64,000 bases of DNA from Geosiphon pyriformis uo1 (GCA_016748015.1 JAAOMT010000761.1:252139-316138); one strand, 5' to 3'; counted from the first letter of the stretch, positions 43,431 to 58,540 are shown. The notes: generated by a model from the sequence alone, not told the origin. Numbers and translations: made by a program.

Positions 43431-44577
43431 ATGCCAAATAAAAGGAAACCTAAGTCACATGTGAATCGAATACGGGAAAATTTTTTAAATGAATATACTT
43501 TATCGAGAAGATCTCAAAAGTTTGTGGATGTCAAAGAAGTTCAAACACCCACCGTCGGATATAAAAGCTTCAATTGCCCAGAAAATATCCCTCTCGAAAT
43601 TCTCACTAATATTTGTACATACCTGACGCCAAGTGATCTCAAGGGTCTAAGACTAGTATGCAAATTCTTTAATGAAGTTCTCGGATCACCGGTTTATTCA
43701 ATTTCACAACAAATTTGGGAAAATTCGAGGCTTGCTTACTGCCCAGACCAACAGATGCCACCTCCTGAAGATATGTCTGAACAGGCATATGAAAACATTG
43801 TTCTCTATGAAAATGGATGTCAATTATGTGGCAACAAAGATGAAACTCCATCAATTTTCTGGGTGGTAAAAATACGTTGTTGCACAAAGTGTCTACAAAA
43901 CAATATTTTGAGGTATACCTCTTTGCCTTTATGTGCCTTTGTCACCTTAAACTTGTATTAAGTTTCTCTAAATTTTTTTTCCAAGTAAGGAACAGCTTCA
44001 AATAAAATGGCAAGTTCCAGATGAATTAATCGAAGTCATTGAACCGGTCACTCAACGTGATTTGTATGAGGATGGGCTTTCTTACTATTGGAAATCACAG
44101 GTTGCTCTAAAAATTAACCAATATATTCGACTTTTTCCCACGAAAAAAGAGACCTGGCTTCAACACGAAAAGACTCGTATTCACAAAATCAAGCAAGAAA
44201 CTTTTCGACGAGAACAATTTGATGACCATCAAATTCAGCACAAAATAAATTCATTGAAAAGTCACCTGGAGTCATTGGTTACAGAATTTTTTAAATCGAT
44301 TACTTCTCCTCAACCAAGGGGTCTTCGAAAACAAGCTGTACAAAGCTGTCCTTGTTATAAAAAGCTATTGTCCGATATCGAATCACTTCCATTTATCCCG
44401 AAAGAGTGGGGGAGCTTTAAAGTTAAACTGGAACTCGAAATTAAAGAAAACCTCAAAAAACATTATAATTTCAATGGTTATACAAGTTCTAATGATAGCA
44501 CTATTGCTGATGATGAAGATCATCAAAGTCTTGACGACAGGTGTGCGAATGTCCTCCACTTAGGAGTTATCACTTGA
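43431..44577 (+). CDS. F-box domain protein, ~357 aa, 2 exons (43431-43912, 43986-44577)
   Basis: F-box IPLEILTNICTYLTPSDLKGLRLVCKFF; QQIWENSR...PPPEDMSE..Y; CQLC...CCTKC Cys cluster; an in-frame GT..AG intron joins the two ORFs. Confidence 0.88.
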
Positions 44578-47390
44578 GAAGCAAAAGACTTTTTATAAAG
44601 GCAAAGAAATATTAATAAGGCTCTTTGCTTCATAAAAAAATTTCTAATTACAAACATTTTTTCTTCATCCTCTTTAATAAGACTAGAGCGTTTTGCTTCG
44701 ATAGTTTATATTAAAGAATGCTGCTTTTATATATAAGAGCAATTCTGTTTCGACTTCGAGTGAAACTCATATTAATTAATGTGGGCAATTGCCCGATATA
44801 TGAGGTTAAATAAGTTGCATTATAAACCTATATTTTAATCTTAAACTTTTAAAGAAATATAAAAATATTTTTGAAAAGGATTTTGCTTAAATAAGCTGAC
44901 CTAAAATTTTTACAGAATGACTAGTGGAAATCAACTAAGAATAAATTTAGAGGAAATCTATTCACAAGTTAGAGGCTAGCCCAAGATATTACTAGAATTT
45001 AATGATTTAAAATTTTGTCTTTTAAAAATGTTTTTTGAAATCTTGAATTGTGCTTGGTCTCATTATCCGATGTGCCCCCTTATAATATCTATACTACACT
45101 AAAACTGGTTTTAAAGCAAATTTATTTATTTATTTTTATTACGTGACATTTTAACTAATATATACGAAAAAGATTCCACTCACTGAAGACTAACGTGGCA
45201 GCTAAGAAATTTTGTAATTTCAACCGGAAAATTGCTGAGCTTGTTGGTTGTAACTAGGAAATTGTCGGGAATATACTCAAATGTGAGGAGAACGTCCCTG
45301 AATTTCCGCCGAGGCAGTAAAAAGGTCGACTTCCTCTTCTTAACACTCCAGAATATGCCCGGCGAAATAAAGCAGTCATTGCGGGTTACAATTATTAATT
45401 TTCTATATATATTTAACTGGCTAAAAACAAAAATATCCGTAGTTTTTCGATCATTGCCCAATTCTTATGGTCTTTTTGCTTTGATCTTTTTAGCCAACAG
45501 AAGGCCATATGAAAATCTACATGCGACTCCAAAACGGTAAACTTACAACCATTCACGTGAGCATGGAAATGACATTTATTCCCCTCCTTTCGTAAACTAT
45601 CCTAAAACTATTTAAAAGTGTCACTTTCTACAGGATAGATAGGCTTAAAAATGAATTAATATAATTTAAAATGTTCTCCATTTCAAAAATTATGTGTAAA
45701 TATGGTCACTTCATTATATTATGTTATCTTTTTGATCACTATTTTAATTAATTAATATGAATCTTTCAATTAATCATCTTTTCAGTAAATAATTCACCTT
45801 TTAAATTAATTAATTTATATCATTGATATATTTTTTACTTACATTATGGATAATGAAATCTTAATTTAATTTAGATGTTTTATTATAACTCATTAATTGT
45901 ATGTATATAATTTTTTATCTTATCAGCTTACTTTATTATTATATTATTGTCATTGTTGTTATTTTTATTTTTTAATTACATTATTGTTATATTTATTTAA
46001 ATTATATTATTTGCATTAATTTTAGAACATTATATATTACATTTCAATTTATTGATATTTATATATACAACTCTTTTTTATTAACAAAATTCTTTGGTTG
46101 AACAATATTAATTATTTTTTATTTTATTAATATTTAGTAAATAATTAAAAAATTTAAATTAAACAAAATTTTCTAAATAAATTAACGAGATAACTAATAA
46201 AAAAAATTTTTAATAAATAAAATATTAAATTTCTGTGTCAAAATATTTGTATTAATTTGGTAAAAAAGAATCATTTGGCAATAAACTTTTTATAATCGTT
46301 TACAGTTCAAGTTTAAGTTTTTAGAAAAATAAAATAAATTCATAATTGCTTAGCAAGTTAAAATTGTACGTCGTGTTTTTAGGTTGGCAAAAATAAAAAA
46401 TTTTTAATTTTCTTATTCAATATTTTATTATAATTGTTAATATTGAATATTTTCGTATTAAATGAGTTTTAATTTGGTTTATCACTATATCTTACAAAAT
46501 TCATCTGAATTACAATATTCTATTAAAATTTACAAAGATATATCATATTTAAATTATATTATATTTATATAATAAATTTCTTTTCTTTTTAAATAAAGAT
46601 TAATGTTTTCATTTCTCGCTTTGTTTTTTCTACTCTCATAACACTTTATATATTAATGTCAAAAAAAATTTCTAATTTTTTTTTGACGGTAAAATTTTGA
46701 AATTAGAGATATTAATTGAAAAAACTTAAATGAGTTATGTTATCAAGGTTTGAATTATCTAAAAAAATAGAGAAAAATAGCTCATAATATATTTTTAAAA
46801 TACTTAAATTAAGTTATATGAATTATAAGCATTCATAATTCAAATTAAAAATTTTATTAGCAGTAAAAACTTCAGATTTTTTATTTAGGTTTCTATTTTT
46901 TTTGGGGATTCCAAATATCTAAGGCTCAATTTTTGCGTTGAATAATTTAATTTTTCAAGTTCACCAAGAATATACCTTAAAAGCACCTGAGTAGCAGTAT
47001 TTTATATATGATAGAAAACCACATTTTTTTTTTGAGTAAAAAAGTTCTACAGTTCTTGAGTTAAAGCTTTCCTTTATTAAGTTTAAATGCTAGAAGCATT
47101 TTATTTAAACTTTGGTAAACCAATGACATTTTATAAAAGTAATGCTATAATCCTAATGCACAATTAATATTAAGAAATAGTGAAAGAGATATATGCGATA
47201 TCATTTCATTATAAATAATCCTATTGACTTTTGCATTACTATTGATTATTAATAGCTTGATAACTATGTAAAGAGTCCAAATTTGCATTATATTAACTTG
47301 AAGTATATAATTCAGAAGTGCTGACGATAATTTTTCACACATATTATTGGGATAAAAAAGAGAATCTTCAATATAAATACTCGGCGAATT

Positions 47391-47522
47391 TTACATGATA
47401 GAGCATTGACCAGTGCCACTGCCATCGTCTGGGTCACCAGTTGGTCCTTTAATCGAGCCGTTGCCAGGGGCAATTATTGAAAGTGGATTGAATGAGGATT
47501 GATTGTTGGTTGTTGGTTGCAT
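47391..47522 (-). CDS. 43-aa CAAX-terminated peptide, putative lipopeptide pheromone precursor, copy 3
   Basis: Identical protein; private synonymous codons at L14, I16, S23, S41. Confidence 0.85.
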   Translation of the reverse strand: MQPTTNNQSSFNPLSIIAPGNGSIKGPTGDPDDGSGTGQCSIM

Positions 47523-49729
47523 TTTGTTTAAGTTATTTGATTTGATTTGAATTTGAAAATTCAGTTTCTTTTCCTTTTCCTCAAGTTATTTTGGTTGGAT
47601 TGAATGAAAAGAAATTGGGAAGGCACGACCAGTTTTATAAAAAAATGTGATTCGAAACAATACTAATTAAAGCAGAATATTAAACAAGTCAAATTCGATC
47701 ATAAATTTGACAGATGCATTGTTAAGCTATGCTAAAAATATCCTAAAAACGGTTTTTTTTATCATTTTAGTCGAAAAAGGCAATATTTGGGTCATTGTTC
47801 TTTGCACTACAATATTATAGAACAAATGCATGAATTTACAATGTCGTAAAAAGGCTTTTGAGTTATAGTTGTACAAATAATACTTGTTTATTCATGGACA
47901 ATGCTAAAAACTCTAAATTTAGATTGTTCCAGTTTTGATGTTTAACACTATGTTAACGCAAGAAAATTTATGACTACCATGCAAAATACCTTTGAATTCA
48001 AGATTGCAAATAGGGATCTTTTTGGAATTTCTTTAAAAGTGAAATGTGTTTAAAAGATTTAGGTTTGGGATTCAGGGAATGTGAAATGAAATTGCATTTT
48101 TGTTTTCTTAGTAAATGCTTTTAAATTCAGAATTGTTTTGGTGAGAAATAAAAGTATTTTTGAATTAAAGTTTAGAATAAATTATAAAGATTTTTTCATT
48201 AAATGCATTTCGTATTCAGACAGTTTTAATTTTAATAAATTTTTACCTACAACATTAAATATCAACTCTTATTCTCCAAATTTAAACCGGCCAAAGGATA
48301 AAATAATTTGACCCATTTAAAATAATTTGATCTTTTCTCAAAGAATTTATTTTCAACAATTCTTCATCTCCATTCTGCATTTCTTTAAGTCGAAAATAGG
48401 AAGATAGGGAAATCTTAATTATAACGAACAATACAGATATTATGCGAGTTTCGGAGCGGATATTGTTCTGCTTGAACTATAAATATTCTTTAAATTTTGT
48501 AATCTGAAGTTTAAATACTAATAAAAAAATGTTGAATTAACGTTTAGATAATTCATTCATAATAATGTCAGTTTTATTTTCTCATTGTGTTTAACCATGT
48601 AGAGATTTACATCTGGGCATTTATTTATGTTAAAAATTTTTACAAATTTAAGAAAAATAATCTCTGATTAAATTATTCAGCATTCTTTATAAGTTTTTGT
48701 TGATTAATTAGCATCTTTTACTATTTAAACAATAATTACATTGCATTTTTCAAATTTAATTTTCAATTTTTATGTAAAACCACTTTGGTCATTCCAAATT
48801 CTAATACTTATTGTCATAAAGTCGTCAATAAATTTTAACCTTAGATTACAATCAAATATAAATTTTAAATTTTACATCAAAAGTTTTATGCTTAATAGCT
48901 AAAAGTACAAAAAAAACATAAAAATACAATGAAATACAGCTTTTTTTTAAAGCAGTATTAAAAGAATAATTTTTCACAAAAGGAATTTTTTTTATAGGCA
49001 TTTTTTCATAAAAAACTTCTGTATTTTAACTTCTATAATTAATTCATATTGAAAGTATAAATTAGAGATTAGATATTTTCAATGTTAAAATTTATTTTTA
49101 AGAAAAACTTATAACTTCAAATAAAAAAATTTAATAGAATAATTTGAGCGTAAATAAAACATTTAATATGAATTTCACTGAATTTTGATAGGAGAAATAT
49201 GATTCAAAGATTGGTATATATATATATATCGCAAGCTTTTAATCTCTTTGATTTCAAAAATTTAATAATTTCAAGGTAAATATCAGGTTTGAGTTGAGTT
49301 AGTAAAGATTGAACAGGTTCATATTTGACTTTCAAGTTTCACTTTGATATTAAGAGAGATATTTTTAAAGCTCCAAATAGCTTTATTTTACTTGAGCAAA
49401 AAAACTTTTTATGATTCTTGATTTAAAGCCTATCATTACCAAATTTACATATTAAGATAAAACTAACAAATTATATTACTCTAATGCTAATAAACAATTA
49501 ATATTAAATAATTGTGAAATAGAAATATGTCGTATCCTTTAGTTGCGAGTAAATTCTATCGACTTTTGCTTTATTGCTGATTAATAAGAGCTAGATATCT
49601 ATGTAAAGAGTCCAAGTTTGCATTATATTAACTTGAAGTATGTAAGCCAGAAGTGCCGACGATAATTTTCACACAATTTACTGGGATGGTTCGAAAAAGA
49701 GAACTTGCAATATGAATACTCTGCAACTT

Positions 49730-49861
49730 TTACATGATCGAGCATTGACCAGTGCCGCTACCATCATCTGGGTCACCAGTTGGTCCTTTAATTGAGCCGT
49801 TGCCAGGAGCGATGATTGAGAGTGGATTGAAAGAGGATTGATTGTTGGTTGTTGGTTGCAT
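49730..49861 (-). CDS. 43-aa CAAX-terminated peptide, putative lipopeptide pheromone precursor, copy 4
   Basis: Identical protein; one synonymous change (S35 AGC) relative to copy 2. Confidence 0.85.
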   Translation of the reverse strand: MQPTTNNQSSFNPLSIIAPGNGSIKGPTGDPDDGSGTGQCSIM

Positions 49862-52800
49862 TTTGTTTAAGTTATTTGATTTGATTTAATTTGAATTTGA
49901 GAATTCAATTTCTTTTCCTTTTTTTTGGTTGGATTGAATGAAAAAAAGTTGGGAAGGCACGATCAATTTTATAGAAAAAGATGTGATAAGAAACAATATC
50001 AATTCCCTTTGATCATAAATTTGATAAACGCATTGTTAAGCTATACTAACAATGTCCTAAAAACGGATCAGCTTTTAAAATTGATTATTTTTGTCGAAAA
50101 AGGCAAGATGTAGGCATTGTTCTTTGCTCTACAATATGATAGTACGGAATCATGAATTTTCAATGCCGTAAACAGACTTTCAAATGATTATTCTTCAAAA
50201 CGTGCTATAGTTGTACAAAGAATACTTGTTGATTCACGGACAATTTTAAAAACTCTAAATTCGATTATTCCAGTTCTGACGCTTAAGTCTATCCTAGTGG
50301 GTATTATAGAGAGTAAATTTATCACTGGCATGCAAAATATCTTTGAATTTAAGATTGTAAATAAATATCTTTTCTAAATCTTTTCCAAAACAAAGAAACT
50401 TTAGAGATTGGGAATCAAATAAATCTTTTGTTTTGTTAACACAGCTATCAATCTATAAACAAGTGCACTTCAATTTCAAAATTAAAACTTTTCATTAGTC
50501 TTTTAATTTCCTAGCCTTCAAAAGTCTTATTTGAATACGTGTTAATTCTTAAAGTTGCAATTTAAATCTGCCAAATAGCGAAACAATCTAACCGAATTTA
50601 AACAATTTGATATATTTTCAAAAAAGATTCATGTTTAAAAATTCTTTATCTTCTCATTCATAAGTTGGACATAAGAAAATGCAAAATCTTCAATGAGAAC
50701 CATAGATATTAGAATTTCATATGAGACTATGTATAACTTGGATCTTAAATATCATAAAATCATTTAAAACGACAGCAAATTAAAATCTCGGGTCTTTACT
50801 CATCCATTCAGAAAACTCATTCAATCAGATTTAGTTACCTTTATTATATATCCTCTTTAATTATGAACAGCTTTAGAATTCTCTTTGACAATCTTTTGGG
50901 TAGTTTCTACCTCTGAAAATTTGAAAGTAGTATTTTCTGATTGACTAGTTTCTTTTACATAATATTTAAGAATTCAGCAAGCCTTAATATTTTGGAAACA
51001 TCAGAAATACAACGGTCAACAATACCCAATTCTTATTTGATTTTCGTATGTGGGAATGGTTCAATTAGAGAACTTATCTATTGCAGAGGTATCATATTAA
51101 CACTTAAATTATGAATTGCGAATATCGGTATTTCATAAAGTTTGTGAATCTCAAGTGTATTAATAGGGGCTTTTATTCAAGAACTATTTTTTGGACTTTA
51201 TAAATTCTAAACATCGAAAACTATAAATACCATACTTTCAAATGTTAAAATAAGTCATTTTTTGGTTTACTCAATGCAGTAGCCAAATATTTTTTTCAGG
51301 TTATTTTTTAAATGGTACTGTTATAAAAGATTTATTTTAAATCTCTATCAACTTTTCATGCTAAAAAATTTGAAATTGTCTCCAGAACATAAACTAACTT
51401 AGAAATTCAAATAGTGTTTTTTTTGTAAGTCGAAATTATTTTATTAAATCTTTAACTAGTTTACTATTTTAACTTCTTAATTGGGAATTTCTAACTTTTT
51501 CATACCTTTGAATCATACAGTATAATTCCATGTATTAAATCTGAAATAGAGAAAATAAACCTAAACCTTTTAATTTTGTTACCATTTTATAATTTTTCAA
51601 CCATGATTCTTTAGCATATTTTTAACTAACTTTGGAGCCTAATTTACAAATAACTCAAAATTGGTTAATTAGTCATTATAATCAAATATTTAAAAAATTA
51701 CTTAATATTCAAATTTAAAAGTAAGATTAGTTTTATTTTGACTTTCAACATATTTCGTCTAAATTAGTTAATTCAATTCAACTTTTAAATATATGCTACT
51801 ATTAAATATATTTGACAGTAATCAGCTGCTATAAAATGAACTTAAATTAATGAAATCAGCACAAATTGCTCATTTGTTATATATACTGTTAAAAAATTAG
51901 AGTCAATAAATATAAATTAAGATAAAAATTAAATTATCAAAAAGATTAATTTATATAAAAATTTTATTAAAATTACATTTAATAATCATGAGTTTGATAA
52001 TTTCACAAAAAATTTTGTTTTTATGTTGGCATTTCAAATAAATTATTTACAGCCAAAAATTAAAAGCCTTAAGTTAAATTATTTTTCAATAATAAGTATT
52101 ATATAAAAATTTCAAATAATAATTCGGATTTTCAAAAATTCTCTTATTTGAGCTAAAAGTAATAAAAAAAAATGAAATCCTTTATTTTAATTTTTAATTA
52201 TATCGATGCTAAAAACTTTAATTCAAAGTCAAAATTTATTAAGTTGCATTATTAATTATTCAATTTTTTTTAAAAAACAAGAAGAAATATTTATTAAAAA
52301 GCAATGTGACTATATAAATTCATTGGTTGGAAAAGAATAATATTTGTAACTTATTCAAAACAAAAATAATATGAATAAACAACAATTTTAAAAAATGTTT
52401 AAATGATATTATATAATAATAATTTTTTCGAAGTCTTGGGTTTTCTTAATATTATTAAAGACATCTTATTCTCAACCATGAAAAAATTAAAAGTTATTCT
52501 GTTGATATTGTTATTAACTTTATTACAAAGCAAAGATAAAATCACATACAAAAATCAATATATTTTGGATATTTGTAAAAAAAAAGGGTAAGAAAGTTAC
52601 CAAAAACAATTAAAAAGATTTTGACTGAAAAAAAAGATTGAAAAAACATGATGATGCATCAAATAGCTTAACAATTAAGATCCGTGTTGCTATTTTTCAT
52701 TTTAAAGTGCATATACTTTGTCAAAGTCTTTATGAGTGGCGTTTGTGGTAAACTCACATCGAGATAAGGAGGTCTATTGATAGGTTGAATTATCTCAAAT

Positions 52801-55800
52801 TTTTTAATTAATTAGAAAAATCGGGAGACTTGCAAAAAGATTACAATTTAAGTCTCTAATCAAAAGGGATATTTAAAACTGAATATATGATTTTTATTAA
52901 TTTTTAAATATTATTCAATTGTAAAGAGAAATTTAAAATCAATGCATGATCAGTTTTCTGCAAGTATTTTTTTGAACTTGATATTCATTCAATATATTTT
53001 AATATTCTCACAAGTATTATGCGACATGTTTAAACCAAATTTAAGTAATCGAAAGTATTTCAAGTAGAATGAATCCATATATCAAATCGCAAAATTACTA
53101 AGATAATGTCCATCTAAGATTACTTTTATATACTAATATTAATTCTTCGCTGAGATCCTCTCGCCAAGAATCCAATTAGAATTTTTCTGCAATTCGGCCG
53201 ATCTATAAACATAAGTCAAGATAAACTCGTGAAAAATTTTTCATAAACAGGGGGATTATTAGTAAATAAAAGAACTTTTCTATTTTTTTTAGATGTACTG
53301 CTAACTTTTTAAATGGATCAATCGCGACAATCTGAATTGTTTCGGATATCTTTACTGAAAAAAAAACAATTTTTTATGTGGATGAATATAATTTAGGAAT
53401 TATCAACTGCAGGAGCAAAAGAGTACTAATGAAAATATTAGTTTGAAGGCAAAAGAAGAATGGAAACGAGAAAGAAAAAGTTTTACTGGGACATTGATGC
53501 ACAGTTTAAGTCGATTATAAAAGTTTTTCAACAATGAAAAACCACGGTATTCTTATTTATCAGTTTTATTCATAGAATGATAAAGAATTAAGCTTTTCGT
53601 GGAAAAGGTTTTAACAAAAAACTTTCAAATCTGATTTAAAGTTAGAACTTTATTAATTTTTAAATTTTTAAAATAAAAATCAGAGTAAAAATAAAATGAA
53701 ACATGGAATAAAAATAAAATAAACATAGCCAGATCACTTTTGATTCCAGCGAAAGGATTCTATATTCTTCTTTGATTTTTAAGAAACAAACTTCGCTCTA
53801 ACTATGACTAAAGATAAAGAAAATTGTTTTCTATACCACAAAGGTCAATTAAAACGATTGGAAAACTCTTAAAAGCTTTAGTAAAGAACAATGGAGCATG
53901 CTTCTGCATCTATTTCGAAAAAACTAATTTTTACAGCTTTGTGCATATTCCCATGAGATTTGACGATTGTCGAATTCTCCCTCTGCATTAAAAACAAAAG
54001 ATCGGACGCCATTGACATTGCGAAATTAGTAGAACAGTGATAATATGCACTTTTTCGTGAGGCGTTTTTGTTTTAGCTGCAACTACTAATTCAAAACACA
54101 AACTTAGATCACATGAAATTGGGTGATAACCTTTTTGTATATTTTTTTAAAAAATTTAACTTGACACGTCATGATGTAAAACTGTAAATTTAATGTTTGT
54201 GGTGGGGGTGGGGGTATTTGTTCTTTGGTTAGAATAAAATTCATAACTACATGTTTCAGAGAGAATTTCAATTGTTACCTTTCGACGGGAAAAAATGAAA
54301 AATTTTTATCAGAATAAACTTTAATTTGGGTTACTCATTCTAGAAATTGATGATTCTATCAATTAATTTTACCACTAATTTTCTATAAAAATGCCATAAA
54401 TCTCGATTTTCTTTTTTTCTTCTCATATCCTTCAAACTATCCTTCTCGAATACATCCCACTCCCTTGCGACTACTTTCCTTTAAGATTTAATCCTCACAA
54501 AAATTACCCTTTAAATTTTTTCAATGGATGATGCCAAATAATTTTCTTATTGATCAAGAATAAAATTTGACATATTTTGTCCTTTTACGAATGTTTGGGA
54601 GGAAATAAAATAAAGACCACTTTAAAGATGAATTTAATTCTCTTTTTAATCAATAAGTAGAACACATAAATTTCTCAAACTTTTATGCTTCTGAATCATC
54701 CTTTGAAACATGCAAATCAGTGGAAATCTTGAATGAAGATTTCCCTGTGTAAAACTATTAATATTTATAATTTTATATTCCAATTTTAAGTTACTTTCTA
54801 CCAACCAAAAATTTAAGATCAAACCTCAAGAAAACAGAAGAAAACGAAACCAACTAAATTAACAGAAAAAAATCAAAGCAAGCAACACGAACAGAGCAGA
54901 AGACATTTTTATCATAACAAAAACATTTTTTTCCCCCATTCTCTCTAGTCATTCTATTTACTTAGAATGAGGGAATATACAACATTCAAAAACTATTATT
55001 TTTCAAACCTTTTACAGATAACATTTTGATCGTTTCACCTTTCCTGATGACGGTTCTTCACGACTGTACTCTAATTCTTTAACCATATGTCCAATTCATT
55101 TCGACATTATTTAATTGTAAATATAATCTCGTTATAAATTAATTGTATATAATTATTTTAAATTAATTTTACATTGTGTTGAAGTTATATTTTATTGTTA
55201 TTAATTGAACATATGTATAATTTATAAGTCACAAAGTATTTATGAAATGGGAAAATTAAATAAGAAATAAGTTTTAAATTAAAAATGTGAATTAATATTA
55301 TTTTTAATTTTACGGGTTGCGATATTTTATACTATATATTTGTGAATAAATAAAAAGCCCAATTAGAAATCATTAATTATTATACTTGAATGTTTTTTCT
55401 TGCACTTTTTACATCGATGGTGTTTCAGAATAAAAACTCAAATTTTTATTTTAAACCAACAATAAATTCAGTAAAAACTTCTTAACTTTTCAGATTACAG
55501 CAACACTTTAAACAAGGGATGTAGTAACGCTTCAACGAAAATTTTTTACAAAAGTCCCATATGCTTGAATTTAGATATCTCATTATTTTAGACAATAGAA
55601 AGCAGAACCTTTATATATTACTCTTTCTTGGGAATTAAAAAGAGCCAACAAAACACATTTAAAAATGTGAATTTTGTTTCATCAAACAGAAAAAAATTCC
55701 TTTGAAATGGCCTGCATAGGAAAACCCTCTAAAACACCTAATCTGGTAAATTGGGAATTGATCGTCCTCAAATCTCTGGGGAATATCGTAATGTGCACAG

Positions 55801-56997
55801 ATGACTTAACTCAAATTAGGCATTCAAAGGAAGAAAAGTTCGGTTTTTAGAAACTATTTCATGATTTATTGTGTGTGAATTATAAAACGCCAATCATAAA
55901 TTTTTTATTCTCTTTAGCTCAAAACATGAGATAACTCAGGATGTGACGAGTTTGTATGTGAAAAATTCTTCAGTAAAACACTTTCAAAAAAAAAATTTCC
56001 CCTAAATGTTTCAACCTTGTCTTATTTTAAAAAGGGCAGGTAAAACTGAAATTCATCTTTTACAATATAAAGGATTCATCGCCAAATTAGGAACCTCCCT
56101 TTGTTCAAAATATTCGTCAAAGTTTTTCCGTTATATCAATTAAATATTAAAAAACCCCCCACCTAAAAAAAAATGAACTATAAGTAGAAATATCCCTTGT
56201 GAGAAAGTCGTCTACTCCACTAAAAAGTCTTTGCCTATGATTTAATTCAATCTAAACTAATAATTAAATTATTAAATTATTAAAAGCACATGAGACATGA
56301 CAAATCAGACCCTTTGCAGATATCTCCGCGTCAAAAACCTGAGATCTTTTATTCTTTAGTTTATTTTTAAGAGAAATAAAATCAAAAAACTACATTTGAA
56401 CCGTTTATATTGAGTATATTCAATACCTTCGAAACAAAGTGAACTTTCAAAACTCTTTTTCATTCAATATTGATTATAGTTAAAATCAATGATTGTTAAA
56501 TTTTAACCATTTTTAATATGTATATATTGCTCCTCTGTCTTAAGTTTCACAATTATGCAAGGATTTAAAATTTATGCGTCATTATGAAAAATTAATTCTA
56601 GTATTCTATATTTGGACAAAAAAGTCTACCCTTCCGCAATTTTGCATACATAAAACAGGAGATTTAACTTCATTATTCTTTGTCTCCACATTAATCTCTA
56701 GGTATCTCACATGAAAATGATATTCAGTAAATACTTTTACTTTGCATTTTGAAATTAAATACATTTATACATTTTCAACTTTGCTATAAATCATGTGACT
56801 ACTTTTTATTTAGATTTTGATGATAGATAATCACCAATGAAAAGGTTATCTTTTGATTAATAAAAAAAAATTAAAAATAATCCTGCTTTTAGTTAAAATT
56901 TTAACCTTTAATATTATTCGGCTACTCTGATATTTACAGATATTTCACATTGTCTTTTTCTCAATTTTAAAAATAGTTAATCATTTTTAAGCTTCCT

Positions 56998-58540
56998 TTA
57001 CCAAGAAACATTCTGATTCTGTCCATATTCTTCATTCAAACGAAAACCTCCTGGATGTGAATTCTTCCCATGTTGATTGTATTCATAAGGTAACTGTGAG
57101 TATTGCTGGTTATTATAATATTGTAGTTGCTGTTGTGGAATTTGCGTCGGAGGTAGAGCTGAGAACGAATGCTCAGATGGTATGTTGATAGAAGATGAAT
57201 ACATTGTTGGAATTTGATGATGTAAAAGTGTAGCAATAGTTTGAGGTGAAGATGGCACTGGAAAAATTACTGGAGATGAACCAAAAGGAGGTGAAGCATA
57301 AGGCGAAGTGGATCCTGAAGTAATAAATGACTGCTGTGGCGGTGGATAAGGCGAATTAAATTTTTCATTAGATGATATAATTGGGATCGTTCCAGCATAT
57401 GAAGGTGGATTAGGATCGGGTGGAATTGGTAGAGGTCGACCTTTGTTATAAGTATAAGATGTTGATGAATCTGGTTCACCAAGTTCGTAAGTGCTAGTTG
57501 ACGGATTCAAAAAATGCTTTGGATTGGTGACTAACCCAGGCTTAGAATGATTTGTTAACAAAGCAGAGACTCCTTCATTATTCTCGTGGACCAAAACCTC
57601 TTCCTCAAATTCAGCATACTCTGCTACTGATTCATTAGCATCTTCAAGTGATTTTTCATGTTCCTCTTTGCGTTTTTGTTCCAAGAATGCCTCGCCACTC
57701 ATTTCAGGTTTATGTGAAATCTTTTCGGCATTTTTGAATCGTGAATGAATCAATCGTTGTCCCGCGATAAATGCGATAATAGATACGAACAAAAATGACA
57801 TTGCGGCCACCATCATCCAAAAAGCGTTCGATAGTGAAGCATTGAAATTCTGATTTTTTTTGATTGCTTTTACCGCGATCACAAATAAAATCAAATCGAC
57901 GAGAAATGCAAACATTGTTGTGAGCAATGCTGCTATGGCACATTTGACAATAATTGTTAGGAAGTTTCCTTGTCGTTTGGGGCGAAAATGTCCAATTGTT
58001 CCCATTATTGTTATTAAAAGTGCCAGGCCGAGAGCTAGAAAACAAATTTATTTTCTCTATCAAATCAAAATTCAAGTCAGAGAAAGTTTGAATGCGTCAA
58101 AGAAACCATACCTATAATGTGAGTAACAGCCAAGTATCCTAGTCCAGCACCTATTGTTTCACCAAGTATTCCAACATTAAACTTTTGCAATTCTGGGGGA
58201 AGGTCATTTGAATCTTTACATGAGCAAAGAAATTTTAGTCACTTCGAAAAACCCGGGATTCTTGTATTTGAAAGACGGATAAGGTTAAGATTTTAAAACG
58301 TAACTTACCTATTTTAAAACCGGGTTTTGCAGCCGAGCATGTAACCTGTCCTTTAACTTTCGCACACCAACCCCATAAACCAACACGAAAATAATCAACC
58401 AGGCTTTCAGATTCAGAATTTACGTTAATGAAGTATATACCGGGGGTAAGCGGTACACTAATGTTCACTAAGAATAAACATAGCAAAGCGCTAAATGCGA
58501 GAACTGTTCCAGGTGTTGCCTCACGGCCCAAATAAGGCAT
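56998..58540 (-). CDS. PalI/Rim9/SUR7-family multi-pass membrane protein with a long Pro/Ser/Gln-rich cytosolic tail, 3 exons
   Basis: N-terminal TPGTVLAFSALLCLFLVNISVP; claudin-like GLWGWC..(8)..C motif; three further TM helices (THIIALGLALLITIMG, AIAALLTTMFAFLVDLILF, NAFWMMVAAMSFLFVSIIAF); PPSY motif in the tail; two in-frame GT..AG introns. Confidence 0.87.

Larger units (their letters stand above)
46850..51550. repeat. Segmental duplication block B (peptide copies 3 and 4); lacks ~0.9 kb present in block A (~36720-37650)
   Basis: Collinear with 34185-39390; the junction at ~49288-49300 joins sequence homologous to ~36716 and ~37655. Confidence 0.8.

Noticed and set aside
45180-45540. Two overlapping ~100-aa ORFs
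   Set aside because: Non-ATG starts and no recognisable motif; a faint Sel1-like resemblance in a third frame is too weak.
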